A DNA stretch of 64,000 nucleotides from an uncultured delta proteobacterium (GTDB taxonomy: Bacteria > Desulfobacterota > Syntrophia > Syntrophales > UBA2185), in the NCBI GenBank assembly GCA_963695875.1, contig CAVOID010000007.1:1-64000 (forward strand). Direction: 5' to 3'. Shown one piece after another: positions 41,571-51,761 of this stretch. Each line of letters opens with the position of its first letter. The first letter of the stretch is position 1. The translations under genes and the position numbers were made by a program. The notes under the pieces are model-generated. The model worked only from the letters and a program-made list of their open reading frames with translations. It was not told where the DNA came from and did not search any database.

Positions 41571-41831
41571 TTACTTTCTCAGTAACGCCTTGGTTGCGCC
41601 GATTGGATAAACGGGGAATATCTCAAACTTGAGGAGATCGATCCATGCAGCCCGTGTAGCAATCAACCCGATTTCGTCGCTCTCAATAACCCAAATGGAT
41701 CTGCGGCCCTGAAGGTCCTGAAATCCGAAAAGGACCTTTTTCACTTCCTTTGGCCACTCCCAGTTTGCCATCTTTGACCTGACTTCTCTTTCATCCTCCG
41801 GCTCCCATGTGCAGATCATCATGAAGTACAT
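41571..41831 (-). CDS. DUF3303-like small protein
   Basis: AGGAGG RBS; MYFMMICTWEP; family call tentative. Confidence 0.6.
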   Translation of the reverse strand: MYFMMICTWEPEDEREVRSKMANWEWPKEVKKVLFGFQDLQGRRSIWVIESDEIGLIATRAAWIDLLKFEIFPVYPIGATKALLRK

Positions 41832-42159
41832 ATACTCACCTCCTATCAATCTTACTTCTGTAAAACAGTTATCAAATATAATGTTTGTATTAACTGAATC
41901 CACTTTCTAATATTCTACTCTCAGATAGAGACTTTTTCAAGCCTTGTCTCATAGCGCATACACCGCCGCCTGTTGAATACGCCGGAGGTGATGCTTATAA
42001 CCATAATGCTGATTTCCTGAAGCCCTCACATGTGACGCCGTAATTGTACGTTAATTAATGTTTGCATTATTGTGACAAAATATGGCAGTCTGCAAACCTC
42101 GCATTCACGAGTGCTTTATACTGATACCTTCACCAACAATAAGATCGTGATAGGGGATA

Positions 42160-42864
42160 ATGCCATTGAAACAATATCTTTTCCTTTTTATGATCGTGTG
42201 TTTTGCATCCGTCCTGGGCTGTGCAACGACATATGACCTGCAGCGCGTTCAGGAGAAACTTGATTCGGATATTCAGTCTCTGAAAGAGGAGAATGCGGGT
42301 ATCCGTAAGGATATCGAAAAGGTTCATAAGGATGCCTCTGCCTTAACAGCGAAGGATGGAGGATGTAATGATATTAAGAAAACGCTCGATCAGATATCCA
42401 ACAAAATCGATTTTATAGAAGAATTCCTTGATATTGCGAAAAATCAGAATCAATCAGAGGGGAATTCGAAGAATGTCTTAACTGGTAAAATGGTCGAAAA
42501 GTCAGTTTATGAATTGGCCTATGAAACTTTTAAGAAAGGAAAGTATGGCAAGGCCAGGATAAGGTTTCAAAGCTTTCTGAAGCAATATCCGAACACGGAA
42601 TATTCCGATGATGCCGAGTTTTGGATTGGGGAGTGCTATTATCTTGAAAAGAAATATAAGGAGGCTATCCTGGAATATGAAAAAGTGGTCAAAAACTATC
42701 CTGAGGGAAATAAAGTATCCTCCGCGTTGCTAATGCAGGGACTTTCCTATCTGAGGCTGAATGACAAGCAAAGCGCAAAACTCATTCTGCAACGTGTTAT
42801 ACAAGATTATCCCAACACCAGCCAGGCAAGAATAGCAAAGGAAAAACTAATTGAGATCAATTAA
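42160..42864 (+). CDS. ybgF: tol-pal protein YbgF/CpoB-like lipoprotein
   Basis: Lipobox, coiled coil, TPR with FLKQYP..A.FWIGECYY. Confidence 0.8.
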   Translation: MPLKQYLFLFMIVCFASVLGCATTYDLQRVQEKLDSDIQSLKEENAGIRKDIEKVHKDASALTAKDGGCNDIKKTLDQISNKIDFIEEFLDIAKNQNQSEGNSKNVLTGKMVEKSVYELAYETFKKGKYGKARIRFQSFLKQYPNTEYSDDAEFWIGECYYLEKKYKEAILEYEKVVKNYPEGNKVSSALLMQGLSYLRLNDKQSAKLILQRVIQDYPNTSQARIAKEKLIEIN

Positions 42865-42935
42865 ATTAATGACTAAAATAGTATCGGAAAAATTTTGACC
42901 TGTCCCCCCCGAAAATCAGATTATAGTACGTATAG

Positions 42936-43095
42936 CTTCCTGTAATCTAGTTTTTCTCAACTTGTTGCTCTATGCAATATTTCAATCGATAATCCTTATT
43001 CCTATCAACAAAAAAGGCAGAGCCACTCGACCCTGCCTCTCCGATGAAAGTTAAAAATTAGTTTACTCTTTAACCTTTTTTCTTACTCCTGCCAA
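42936..43095 (-). repeat. A-N36-B plus terminator; ~160-bp repeat, copy 1
   Basis: CTTCCTGTA, N36, TTCAATCGATAATC; matches 45584-45745. Confidence 0.85.
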
Positions 43096-43098
43096 GCC

Positions 43099-43764
43099 TT
43101 ACTGTGTTTGTGGTGCAATTTTGATTTCTACTCTCCTGTTTTTTTGACGTCCGGCTTCTGTGTTATTACTTGCCACGGGCATGGTCTCTCCAAACCCGAC
43201 AACTTCAATGCGGCTTCCGGCTATGCCCCGCTGAACTAATAAATTTCTTACTGCATTGGCGCGCCGGTTCGAAAGGTCCATATTGTATTCATTGGAACCT
43301 TTACTGTCAGTATGCCCTTCCACTCTAATTAAAGTGTTAGGGTATTGATTCATAACGCGTGCGACACGGTCTAATTCAGAGTAAAGCCCCGGTCTGACGA
43401 CTACAGAGTTGGTATCGAACGTAACGTCGCCTTTAAAAGTCACCGCCAGGAGATTGCCTTCCCTTGAAACGGCAGCAGCTTCCGAAGAAGCCAAAGCAGC
43501 ACGCATGTCTCTTTCCTGATTGTCCATCATTTTGCCAACTCCGGCACCCCCAAGTCCCCCTATAGCAGCGCCGATAGCAGCGCCGATAAGAGTACCCTTC
43601 GTATCATGGGCGATAACCTGTCCAAGCACTGCTCCGGCTGCAGCGCCGCCCGCCGTCCCGTAAACAGCGCCTTGCCCAGTTTTTGTTTGAGGAGCCGCGC
43701 AACCGATTAAAAGTGAAACGACAAGTGAAATGGACAGAAATAAAGAAATTATTTTTTTATTCAT
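43099..43764 (-). CDS. OmpA-family lipoprotein with glycine zipper (YiaD-like)
   Basis: LIGC lipobox; GHTDS, LS.RRA, NRRVEI. Confidence 0.95.
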   Translation of the reverse strand: MNKKIISLFLSISLVVSLLIGCAAPQTKTGQGAVYGTAGGAAAGAVLGQVIAHDTKGTLIGAAIGAAIGGLGGAGVGKMMDNQERDMRAALASSEAAAVSREGNLLAVTFKGDVTFDTNSVVVRPGLYSELDRVARVMNQYPNTLIRVEGHTDSKGSNEYNMDLSNRRANAVRNLLVQRGIAGSRIEVVGFGETMPVASNNTEAGRQKNRRVEIKIAPQTQ

Positions 43765-44124
43765 TTTTATCCTCTTTATCCTCCTTTGAAACGCAATATA
43801 ATATGTTTTTTTATATACAGGTTTTTTTCCCCTGATTCAATAAGGGGATTTATTATTCTTAGCTAACCTTTTAATTGAAAAAAAGCATACATTCCATTCA
43901 ATGCAACATAACCATGAGTGGATATATTTTATCCAACTGGATAGCGAAGATGGATAATTACTATCCACTATTTTGCCTGATGACGGGAAGAATAGGTATT
44001 GATAGACTTGACTATTTATCAATAATTAACTTATTTCAATTAGTTACATTGCTTATCGATCTCCTGGCACAGCAAATGCAGTATATAAAGCTGAAACGAA
44101 ATAAATTAAAAGGAGACGATGATT

Positions 44125-44409
44125 ATGAAAAAATTAGCAATGACATTTATCACGATTCTCTTTCTGACGAGCTTAACAACTTCTGCTTTTGCATTTGGTT
44201 CAGGCTGGCAAGATCGTGGACGATATAATAATCATGGTAGATATGACCGTGTACATTATCGGTATGACAATTATGACCGGCGTGTGTATCCTCAGCCCCA
44301 TAGCTACTATGCTCCTGTCTATGCACCTAGGCCGGTGGTCTTTGTCCCACCGCTCCCGTTGCCGGGAATTAACATCTTGTTCCCGAATGTCAATATTAGA
44401 ATTCGGTAA
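44125..44409 (+). CDS. small secreted Pro/Tyr-rich protein
   Basis: Signal peptide; low-complexity repeats. Confidence 0.65.
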   Translation: MKKLAMTFITILFLTSLTTSAFAFGSGWQDRGRYNNHGRYDRVHYRYDNYDRRVYPQPHSYYAPVYAPRPVVFVPPLPLPGINILFPNVNIRIR

Positions 44410-44583
44410 GAATAAATCTCCTTCCTCCAATGATAGGTGGCGGCACATAAATGAGGGACGGCGAGAATAGCTGTCCCTCATTCATATTTGATAATACACT
44501 AAAGTAACTAATCATCTGAAAGGGATGCGGCGAAAAGAACAGCCAATATAAATGCAGATAAGAGATTCGGAAGAGGAAATTGT

Positions 44584-45420
44584 TTAGTGAGGTCGATAAT
44601 ACCTCATGGCTTCGGGGACTAGGGCCTCAATCTGCTTTATCCGTGTCTCTGGGGCAGGGTGGGTTGACAAGAATTCAGGTGGTTTGCTCCCCCCCTTCTC
44701 ATTCATCCTCTGCCAGAAAGGAACAGCGGCTCTCGGATCATACCCCGCCCTCGCCATTAAAGACAGCCCTATCCGATCTGCCTCAGACTCATGGATACGA
44801 CTGTAGGGAAGCAGGATTCCCACGTTTGTCCCCACTCCATAAGCGGCCATGAAGATATCGCTCGTGGGTCCTGGCTGTGTCGAGAGGGCAACAGACAGTC
44901 CGACCGCTCCGAGCTGAGCCAGGAGCCCTTGACTCATCCTCTCATTTCCATGTTTGGCGATGGCATGGGCGACCTCGTGGCCCATGACAACCGCCAGCCC
45001 GGTTTCATCGCGGGTCACCGGAAGGATGCCTGTGTAAACCCCTACTTTACCGCCGGGCATGCACCAGGCATTGACCGTTTTGTCATCCTGGATCACATTG
45101 AATTCCCATTGATAATTCTTGATCTCCGACTCCATTCCGGCTTCTCTCATGAATTCCTCGGAGGCCCGCGCTATTCTCGTCCCTACTCTCCTTACCATCT
45201 GCACCTTTGCAGTGTCGTTCGAAAGTTTTGATGTTTTCAAGACTTCACTGTATTGCTGCAAGCTCATACTCGCCACTTCAGAATCCGGAAGTATATGCAA
45301 GCTACTTCTTCCTGTTACGGGGACAGTGGCACAGGACAGAATGACCAGCAAAAATCCGATGATTCCCATGCTGAGAAAAAAATGAGAAACTCTACCTTTC
45401 AAAGTATATAGGGTTTTCAT
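44584..45420 (-). CDS. M48 family metallopeptidase lipoprotein
   Basis: NAWCMPGG, HEVAH, ESEAD, LSTHP. Confidence 0.95.
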   Translation of the reverse strand: MKTLYTLKGRVSHFFLSMGIIGFLLVILSCATVPVTGRSSLHILPDSEVASMSLQQYSEVLKTSKLSNDTAKVQMVRRVGTRIARASEEFMREAGMESEIKNYQWEFNVIQDDKTVNAWCMPGGKVGVYTGILPVTRDETGLAVVMGHEVAHAIAKHGNERMSQGLLAQLGAVGLSVALSTQPGPTSDIFMAAYGVGTNVGILLPYSRIHESEADRIGLSLMARAGYDPRAAVPFWQRMNEKGGSKPPEFLSTHPAPETRIKQIEALVPEAMRYYRPH

Positions 45421-45583
45421 AAATACCTCTCACTTGTCCCGGCTTCTGAATTCTATTATCCTATTGGACTATATTTTTTTCAATCCATTTTTTTACACAT
45501 GGTTGATGTATGCCTCACCATTTTTGTCCTCGCGGTTTGAGGCACTTTGGAGGTGAACTAAACAACCTCCTTTTTATGATTTC

Positions 45584-45745
45584 CTTCCTGTAATCTAGTT
45601 TTTCTCAATTTGTTGCTCTATGCAATATTTCAATCGTTAATCGATAAAGTGGGTAAATAAAAAAGGCAGGGCTAATCGACCCTGCCTTTCTGTTGAAAGT
45701 TAAAAAATTAGTTTACTCTTTAAACTTCCTCCTCGCTCCTGCAAC
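45584..45745 (-). repeat. A-N36-B plus terminator; ~160-bp repeat, copy 2
   Basis: CTTCCTGTA, N36, TTCAATCGTTAATC. Confidence 0.85.
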
Positions 45746-45847
45746 CCAAATTAAACCAAGACCAAGAAGAAGTATGGTGTTGGTTTCTGGGGTCATGGCA
45801 AGTGTTATCAAGTTAAGATCTATGTATTAAATAATCTGTGATGCTGA

Positions 45848-46033
45848 TTAAAAAAAAACGTCTTTATATTTTTTATTTAACGCTTTTGCAACCTTCAATT
45901 CAGAATACTTTCGTGTTGGCAATCCTTTTTCCATCTTTGTAATGGTCTGAGGGACTAATTCTGCTCTCCGTGCAAGTTCGGCAATGCTCAGAGGAATAGA
46001 TTCACGAAGCTGTTTTACTTTATTTCTTCTCAT
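45848..46033 (-). CDS. XRE-family HTH regulator
   Basis: N.VKQLRE..LSIAELARRA....TI.KMEKG. Confidence 0.8.
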   Translation of the reverse strand: MRRNKVKQLRESIPLSIAELARRAELVPQTITKMEKGLPTRKYSELKVAKALNKKYKDVFF

Positions 46034-46418
46034 ATATGATTGAAAAGCTGACCTTATGTTACGAACTTATTATAAATTATGTAAAGCGAAAATCATCATT
46101 CACATTTAATGTATTTTAATATTAATCAATATTAATCAATATTGTCTGTTATTCTTATTATCGCCAACTTAATAGCAAAACTTTAGAATAAATTTTATAT
46201 GCCTAAGTTTCTATCCAAATGAATTAATGGGATACTTTACTTCAGCTGAGATAGCCTTTGCTTCGTCCTGAAGTTTTGATTTACCAATTTTACCTATTTA
46301 TACTACATTATAATAGAAAATAATCAAAAGCAGCAGAATTATAACTTTAAATGTGGTACATAGACAACATAACCTACGAATATGACCATTAACGATCAGC
46401 ATGTAAAGGAGAAGGGAT

Positions 46419-47657
46419 ATGAGAAGACTTTATCTCGTGCTCTGTATTGTTTTACTTGTGGCGGGATGCAATACAACGCGTCCTCCCGGTCCTACCTGTA
46501 ACCTTCACTTGCTACCTGAAGCTCAAGCAATTACCTCCCCAACGCTGGCCCCATTAACAGGCGATGACCATACCACCCGGACAGGGAAACTGATTGCTAC
46601 TAAATCATCGCCGTCAATTCTGTTGCTTCGCGAAAAGATCTCGAAGAGCTTTGAGGCGCGGCGTAAGAAAAAGCTGAGAACAATGACACCGTCAGAGGAA
46701 AGCTTCGTCGTCCTATTGCTGTCGGCTGGTGGCCAGTATGGCGCATACGGTTCCGGGTTTCTGAAAGGCTGGAGCGAGAATGCTCAACTAATGCCTCGCG
46801 ATAGTATTGACGTAGTTACTGGTGTCAGCACAGGTGCTATGATGTCCACTTATGCTTTTCTGGGCTCATCGGATGACCCCGTGGTCAGGGCAAAGTATGA
46901 CGATCTTCTGAAAAGAGAATATACCACCCTACACGACGAGGACGTGTTCCGCCGTCGCTGCCCCATAGAACTGCTGTGGGCGAATTCTATTTATGATAGT
47001 GAGCCGTTACGAAAAAGAATTGAGGACACCATCACCGAAGGCCTCCTCGATGAAGTCGTAACCGAGGCGGATAAGACCCATCGTCTACTGTTTGTTGGAG
47101 CAGTCAACACCAACTCCGGCGAGTTCGACGTCTTTGATTTGGTGGCCATTGCTAGGGATAAGAATCAGGACCGCAGGGCGTGTTACACGGCCGCAGTGCT
47201 CGCCTCTGCAGCCATTCCTGCCACTTTCGATGCCATATTCATAAATGGCAAAATGTATATTGACGGAGGAATCCGCAGGCAAGGGTTTTTTGTCGAGCAA
47301 GCAGCTACTGCCCTGCCGAATGTCAGGGTCAAAAAAATATTCGGTATCCTTCACGGAAACCTCGACGTGCCGTCGACCCCAAAGACGAAAAATAATCTGA
47401 TAGGCGTTGTATCGCGTACTGTTTCTATAGCAAACGACGAACTACTAATCGATTCAGCTTTCTATGTAGATACAAAAGGGAAAGATAATGGATTTACAAG
47501 ATTCTGGACAGCACCAGTCAAGTCTACATGTGAGTCGACATCTCCAGAGGGTCACAAGTTCGACCCCGGCTTTGGTACCTGCCTATGGAACAAAGGGTAT
47601 GACGATGCGAAACAGCAAAAACCATGGAAGACGTTAGATGAACTTCTGCAACAATAG
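46419..47657 (+). CDS. patatin-like phospholipase lipoprotein
   Basis: SAGGQYGAYG, GVSTG, ASAAIP, DGG. Confidence 0.9.
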   Translation: MRRLYLVLCIVLLVAGCNTTRPPGPTCNLHLLPEAQAITSPTLAPLTGDDHTTRTGKLIATKSSPSILLLREKISKSFEARRKKKLRTMTPSEESFVVLLLSAGGQYGAYGSGFLKGWSENAQLMPRDSIDVVTGVSTGAMMSTYAFLGSSDDPVVRAKYDDLLKREYTTLHDEDVFRRRCPIELLWANSIYDSEPLRKRIEDTITEGLLDEVVTEADKTHRLLFVGAVNTNSGEFDVFDLVAIARDKNQDRRACYTAAVLASAAIPATFDAIFINGKMYIDGGIRRQGFFVEQAATALPNVRVKKIFGILHGNLDVPSTPKTKNNLIGVVSRTVSIANDELLIDSAFYVDTKGKDNGFTRFWTAPVKSTCESTSPEGHKFDPGFGTCLWNKGYDDAKQQKPWKTLDELLQQ

Positions 47658-47757
47658 TGGCTATGGACCGTCCTTGAAACAAAGAGGTCTTTGGGGTAAT
47701 AAAATATATAGATGTCAAGGCGGTTATGATTTCTCAAGTGCATAGATTGCTACGGTG

Positions 47758-47816
47758 CTTCCTGAAAGAGTGATTTTTAAAAATCTCGCCTCGATACAAC
47801 ATTTCAAGAGGTAATA
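47758..47816 (-). repeat. A-N36-B site
   Basis: CTTCCTGAA, N36, TTCAAGAGGTAAT. Confidence 0.8.
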
Positions 47817-48077
47817 AAGAATCTCATTCTGGTGATGAAGTGTTTTCCATATCGTAACCCCATGGAAGGTGCGTAATTTGTGGAGAAGTCTTCAATCTGA
47901 ACAGAAGTCATTGCCGGAGCTTTTCCTATCAATAATTCTTTATTTCTATTGGATAAAACTTACAACTAAACAGTTCTAAAGAATTAATGCCCCGTGGATT
48001 AATACGGTTTGAATCTTAAGACTGGATGATGTAAGTTAAAATTAAATTTGAAAAATAGAATACGAAGGAATCATCCT

Positions 48078-48608
48078 ATGCAAGGACATAGCAAGAATAT
48101 ATTCATTTATTTAACCGCTGTATTTTGTCTTTTCTTTTCTGTTAGCTGTTTTGCACAGGCCGATGCGGTCAAGCAGTCGAAGAAAGACATTAAGGAGATT
48201 AACGAGAAGAATAAGAGCACAAACACGGGTGACCCGTGGACGATAGAAAATGTTATTACGGTTGATGAGCTCGTATCGCTGTTAAAGAAACAAGGTTCAA
48301 AGGATGTTTATATCTACCATATAGGTTTTAATAATCATTATACAAAAGGACGCATAAAAGGCGCGTTGTATGCAGGCTCTGCATCAACAGAAGAAGGTTT
48401 GCAGAAGCTTGAATCTTCCATTAAAGCTTTGCCCCACGATACGGAAATCATTCTTTACTGCGGCTGCTGCAATTGGGTTGACTGCCCCAACATCCGCCCC
48501 GCATTTGAAACTGTCAATAAGATGGGCTTTAAAAATGTAAAAGTTCTTTATCTGCCCGATAATTTCACTGTTGATTGGATGAATAAAGGGCTCCCGGTTG
48601 AGAAATAG
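48078..48608 (+). CDS. rhodanese-like exported protein
   Basis: GRIKGA, LYCGCC...CPN, DW..KGLPVEK. Confidence 0.85.
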   Translation: MQGHSKNIFIYLTAVFCLFFSVSCFAQADAVKQSKKDIKEINEKNKSTNTGDPWTIENVITVDELVSLLKKQGSKDVYIYHIGFNNHYTKGRIKGALYAGSASTEEGLQKLESSIKALPHDTEIILYCGCCNWVDCPNIRPAFETVNKMGFKNVKVLYLPDNFTVDWMNKGLPVEK

Positions 48609-48623
48609 CTGACCCTTTAACTC

Positions 48624-48682
48624 CTTCCTGAAATCAATAGACCTGCCGTTCTCGCATGAATACAAGACCTCAATGCGTAATG
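48624..48682 (-). repeat. A-N36-B site
   Basis: CTTCCTGAA, N36, CTCAATGCGTAAT; starts 16 bp after the rhodanese stop. Confidence 0.7.
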
Positions 48683-48740
48683 ATCACGTCCTTTAGACGA
48701 TCATTAACACACCACCCCACATCTTTTGGTCACTCTTCCA

Positions 48741-48769
48741 TTGACACACAAGGACGCTTTTCTTATACT
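48741..48769 (+). promoter_or_regulatory. repeated sigma70 promoter P
   Basis: TTGACA-N17-TATACT. Confidence 0.8.
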
Positions 48770-48835
48770 CCCTCCACGAAAAAGGAAGTTCTTATCAATT
48801 CAATAATTCAATTATCATAAATCTGGAAGGCTGAA

Positions 48836-49768
48836 ATGGATATCACATCCGCTCTCCTCATCGTCCTGGGGCTTGCCCTCTTCGAATCGATCACTAGCAT
48901 CGACAACGCCATCATCAACGCTGAGGTCCTGCGGGGCATGCAGCCCCGGGCGCGGAGGTGGTTTCTCACCTGGGGGATTTTTATTGCCGTCTTCGTCGTC
49001 CGGGGGGTTCTGCCCTGGCTTATCGTCTGGGTCATGACACCGGGCCTCGGGCCATGGGATGCCCTAACGGCAAGCTTCACCGCTAATCCTGCAGCGCTAG
49101 AGGCCATTCAGTCAAGCTCCCCGGTCCTGCTCATGGGGGGCGGGGTATTCTTCATCTTCCTTTTCTGCCACTGGATCTTCCTCGAGCCCAAGAAGATAGG
49201 CCTTCCCGTCGAGCGTCTCATCGCTCGACATGGGGCTTGGTTCTATGCCGTCGTCTCAATCGCCCTGATGCTTATCGTCTGGTTTGCCCTTGATGACAGC
49301 CGCATGCTCGCCTTCGGAGCCGTCGCGGGCTCATCGGCCTTCTTTATCACCCACGGTTTCAAACGCTACGCCGAGGAGCAGGAGGCACGCATTCTTTCCG
49401 GCGACGGGCACATGTCCGTCATCGGGAAGATCCTCTACCTCGAGGTGATCGACCTGACCTTTTCCATCGATGGCGTTGTAGGGGCCTTCGCCTTCACGCT
49501 GTCGGTGCCCCTGATCCTTATTGGAAACGGAATCGGCGCTATCGTCGTCCGGCAGCTCACGGTCTACGGCGTCGACAGGATTAAAAAATACGTCTATCTC
49601 AAAAACGGTGCCATGTACTCCATTTTCGTCCTGGGCTGCGTGATGCTCGCACACGGCTTCGGCCTGCACGTCCCCGAGTGGGTCACGCCCCTGGCTACCT
49701 TCCTCATCGTCGGCTACTTCTTTTTCAAGTCCAGATGGCAGGCCAGGAAAGCCGGAGAGTTATCCTGA
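48836..49768 (+). CDS. DUF475 (TerC-like) membrane protein
   Basis: SIDNAIINA, YLEVID.TFSIDGVVGAF. Confidence 0.9.
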   Translation: MDITSALLIVLGLALFESITSIDNAIINAEVLRGMQPRARRWFLTWGIFIAVFVVRGVLPWLIVWVMTPGLGPWDALTASFTANPAALEAIQSSSPVLLMGGGVFFIFLFCHWIFLEPKKIGLPVERLIARHGAWFYAVVSIALMLIVWFALDDSRMLAFGAVAGSSAFFITHGFKRYAEEQEARILSGDGHMSVIGKILYLEVIDLTFSIDGVVGAFAFTLSVPLILIGNGIGAIVVRQLTVYGVDRIKKYVYLKNGAMYSIFVLGCVMLAHGFGLHVPEWVTPLATFLIVGYFFFKSRWQARKAGELS

Positions 49769-49951
49769 ATAAAAAGGGAAGTGGCCGTGGACGGCATGGT
49801 TACGCTAACTGGTTGTTGTCCTGCTTCTCTCGCCATGCCTCTTCTTTATTCCGATCCCGGCACCGGATGGAGATTTTTATAAAGCGTTCTTCTCCGCACT
49901 GCCTTTTGAAGTATTGTATATTTCTTCAAAAGACCGCCACAACTGTCAATT

Positions 49952-50233
49952 CTATTTTTTTGCCAGTTGTCTTGCCCAAAGTGTCAGCCAGATGACGACA
50001 AATATCATCATTCCGACGCCGAGCTTATATGCCACCATTGCCCACAGCCATATAGTGCGAATTTCCGGCCATGTAACACCTTCACCCCAGAAGCAAAGTA
50101 TTCCTGCCGGCTGCCTGGTCATGATCAGCAAATAAGCAAACCATTGGATCAGCAGGATACAATAGGCGATTAACACAGTCCACCATCCAGCCATTGCCGC
50201 CGCCCGCACTTTTTTTATAAATATTTCATCCAT
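49952..50233 (-). CDS. small membrane protein
   Basis: Two hydrophobic segments. Confidence 0.7.
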   Translation of the reverse strand: MDEIFIKKVRAAAMAGWWTVLIAYCILLIQWFAYLLIMTRQPAGILCFWGEGVTWPEIRTIWLWAMVAYKLGVGMMIFVVIWLTLWARQLAKK

Positions 50234-50536
50234 ACTTAACCCCCATATCTTTTTATTCAAATTTATTTGTAAGCTACAGTTCAGTCAATGGTATTTTATC
50301 ACCATTCTTATTTATAGTCTTCCTTACAGAGGTTGCAATCAGTATTGATCCCCCAAGTGTTCTGTCATCTGAAATTTTATGAGTATATTACAAAAAGAAA
50401 GAGTGAGTTTTTTTAGGAGGGATGATTCATTTCTCGGAGTGGGGCATTATTCCTCAAGAGAGAGGAAAACTATCTCAGCAGGGATGGGATAACATTGCCA
50501 ATCTTTCAAAGTTATGATCGTATCCCGGTATATCCT

Positions 50537-51484
50537 TCAAGGCTGGAACTCTCTCGCCTTTTCCACCTCAAAACGGCTCCCGATGTAGATCGGAGAACGC
50601 TGATTAAGTTCCTCCACCTTGATAGACATGAGATCCTGTTTACCGTCCGTGGCCATACCACCGGCCTGTTCAATGATGAATGCCATGGGCTGAAGCTCAA
50701 ACAGAAGCCGCAATTTCCCTTGGGGATTCTTCTTTAGTGCAGGGTATGCAAAAACGCCCCCCCTCTTAATCAGAACCTGATTGACATCCGGCACAAATCC
50801 GCCACTGTAACGGAGCTTATACCCTTCCTTTTCCAGGAAATCTATGTATTCAAGGTGTTCCGGAGTCCAATCCCTTCTCAATCCTCCCAAGCTGTAAATG
50901 TCTCCCCGTTCTCTTAAGGTTATGTTTTCCTCAGAAAGAATGTATTCCCCTTCTCTGTTCAGTACAAATTCATGGGTTCCCTTTCCTGCAGAATAGACCA
51001 TCGTAATCAGCGGTCCATACACAATGTACATGGCTGCCACCAATGTTTTTCTCCCCTCGGCTAACATCGACTCTCTATGAATGCCTATTATCGTTCCTAT
51101 GGACAGATTCGCATCCACTAAAGAAGAACCGGCCAAAGGATCTGCAGTGACGAAATATTTTTCTTCTCCCTTGCCGATCTGAATCACTGAATCCTGTTCT
51201 TCTGAAGCATATGCTCTGACAAATCCTGAATCCTGGAGTTGATTCTTGAGAATCTCATCGGCGCTTCTATCCATAGTCAATTGCTCTTCACCGTGACGGA
51301 AAACGCGAATGTTCCTAAAACCAGCCAGTTTCCGATTCGATTCTTGAATTTTAGCAGAGATATACTTCCCTATAACGGCTATTTGCCATATCAATCTGCG
51401 TAATTCCATTTCCACACCTGATTTCCACATATGTCTGCGCAGGTCGACGATAAATTTTGTGTAGTCCGAAATCCCCTCTCCCAT
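50537..51484 (-). CDS. fbp: class 1 fructose-1,6-bisphosphatase with an altered motif
   Basis: GEEQ, SEE, DPLAGSS, LRYSG..VPD, GKLRLLFE. Confidence 0.9.
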   Translation of the reverse strand: MGEGISDYTKFIVDLRRHMWKSGVEMELRRLIWQIAVIGKYISAKIQESNRKLAGFRNIRVFRHGEEQLTMDRSADEILKNQLQDSGFVRAYASEEQDSVIQIGKGEEKYFVTADPLAGSSLVDANLSIGTIIGIHRESMLAEGRKTLVAAMYIVYGPLITMVYSAGKGTHEFVLNREGEYILSEENITLRERGDIYSLGGLRRDWTPEHLEYIDFLEKEGYKLRYSGGFVPDVNQVLIKRGGVFAYPALKKNPQGKLRLLFELQPMAFIIEQAGGMATDGKQDLMSIKVEELNQRSPIYIGSRFEVEKAREFQP

Positions 51485-51579
51485 GGGCGTTCATCCTTAT
51501 AAAATATTTGTCTTTTTATAACAATTAATAATCATTTTAACAAGCGCATTTTAATTTTTCCGAGAAGATACCCATCAAT

Positions 51580-51638
51580 TATTAACGCATGAAAGCCTGC
51601 ATATCAATCGATGCTGAAGATTTGAGGAGTGCAGGAAG
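51580..51638 (+). repeat. A-N36-B site
   Basis: ATTAACGCATGAA, N36, TGCAGGAAG. Confidence 0.65.
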
Positions 51639-51761
51639 CACTAAATGAGTCGTCTATCACTCATTATTTGAGACAATAATGATCAGAATTTTATAATACA
51701 CCTGTATGGGTAGTGATTCATACTAGCGTTTTCTTCTCTATCTTTGCAGTACCGCGGTATA

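Noticed and set aside
46060..46087. Chromosomal dif (TTATGTAAAG arm)
   Set aside because: The left arm is a poor match and it sits just upstream of an HTH gene; AT-rich promoter/operator sequence is more likely.
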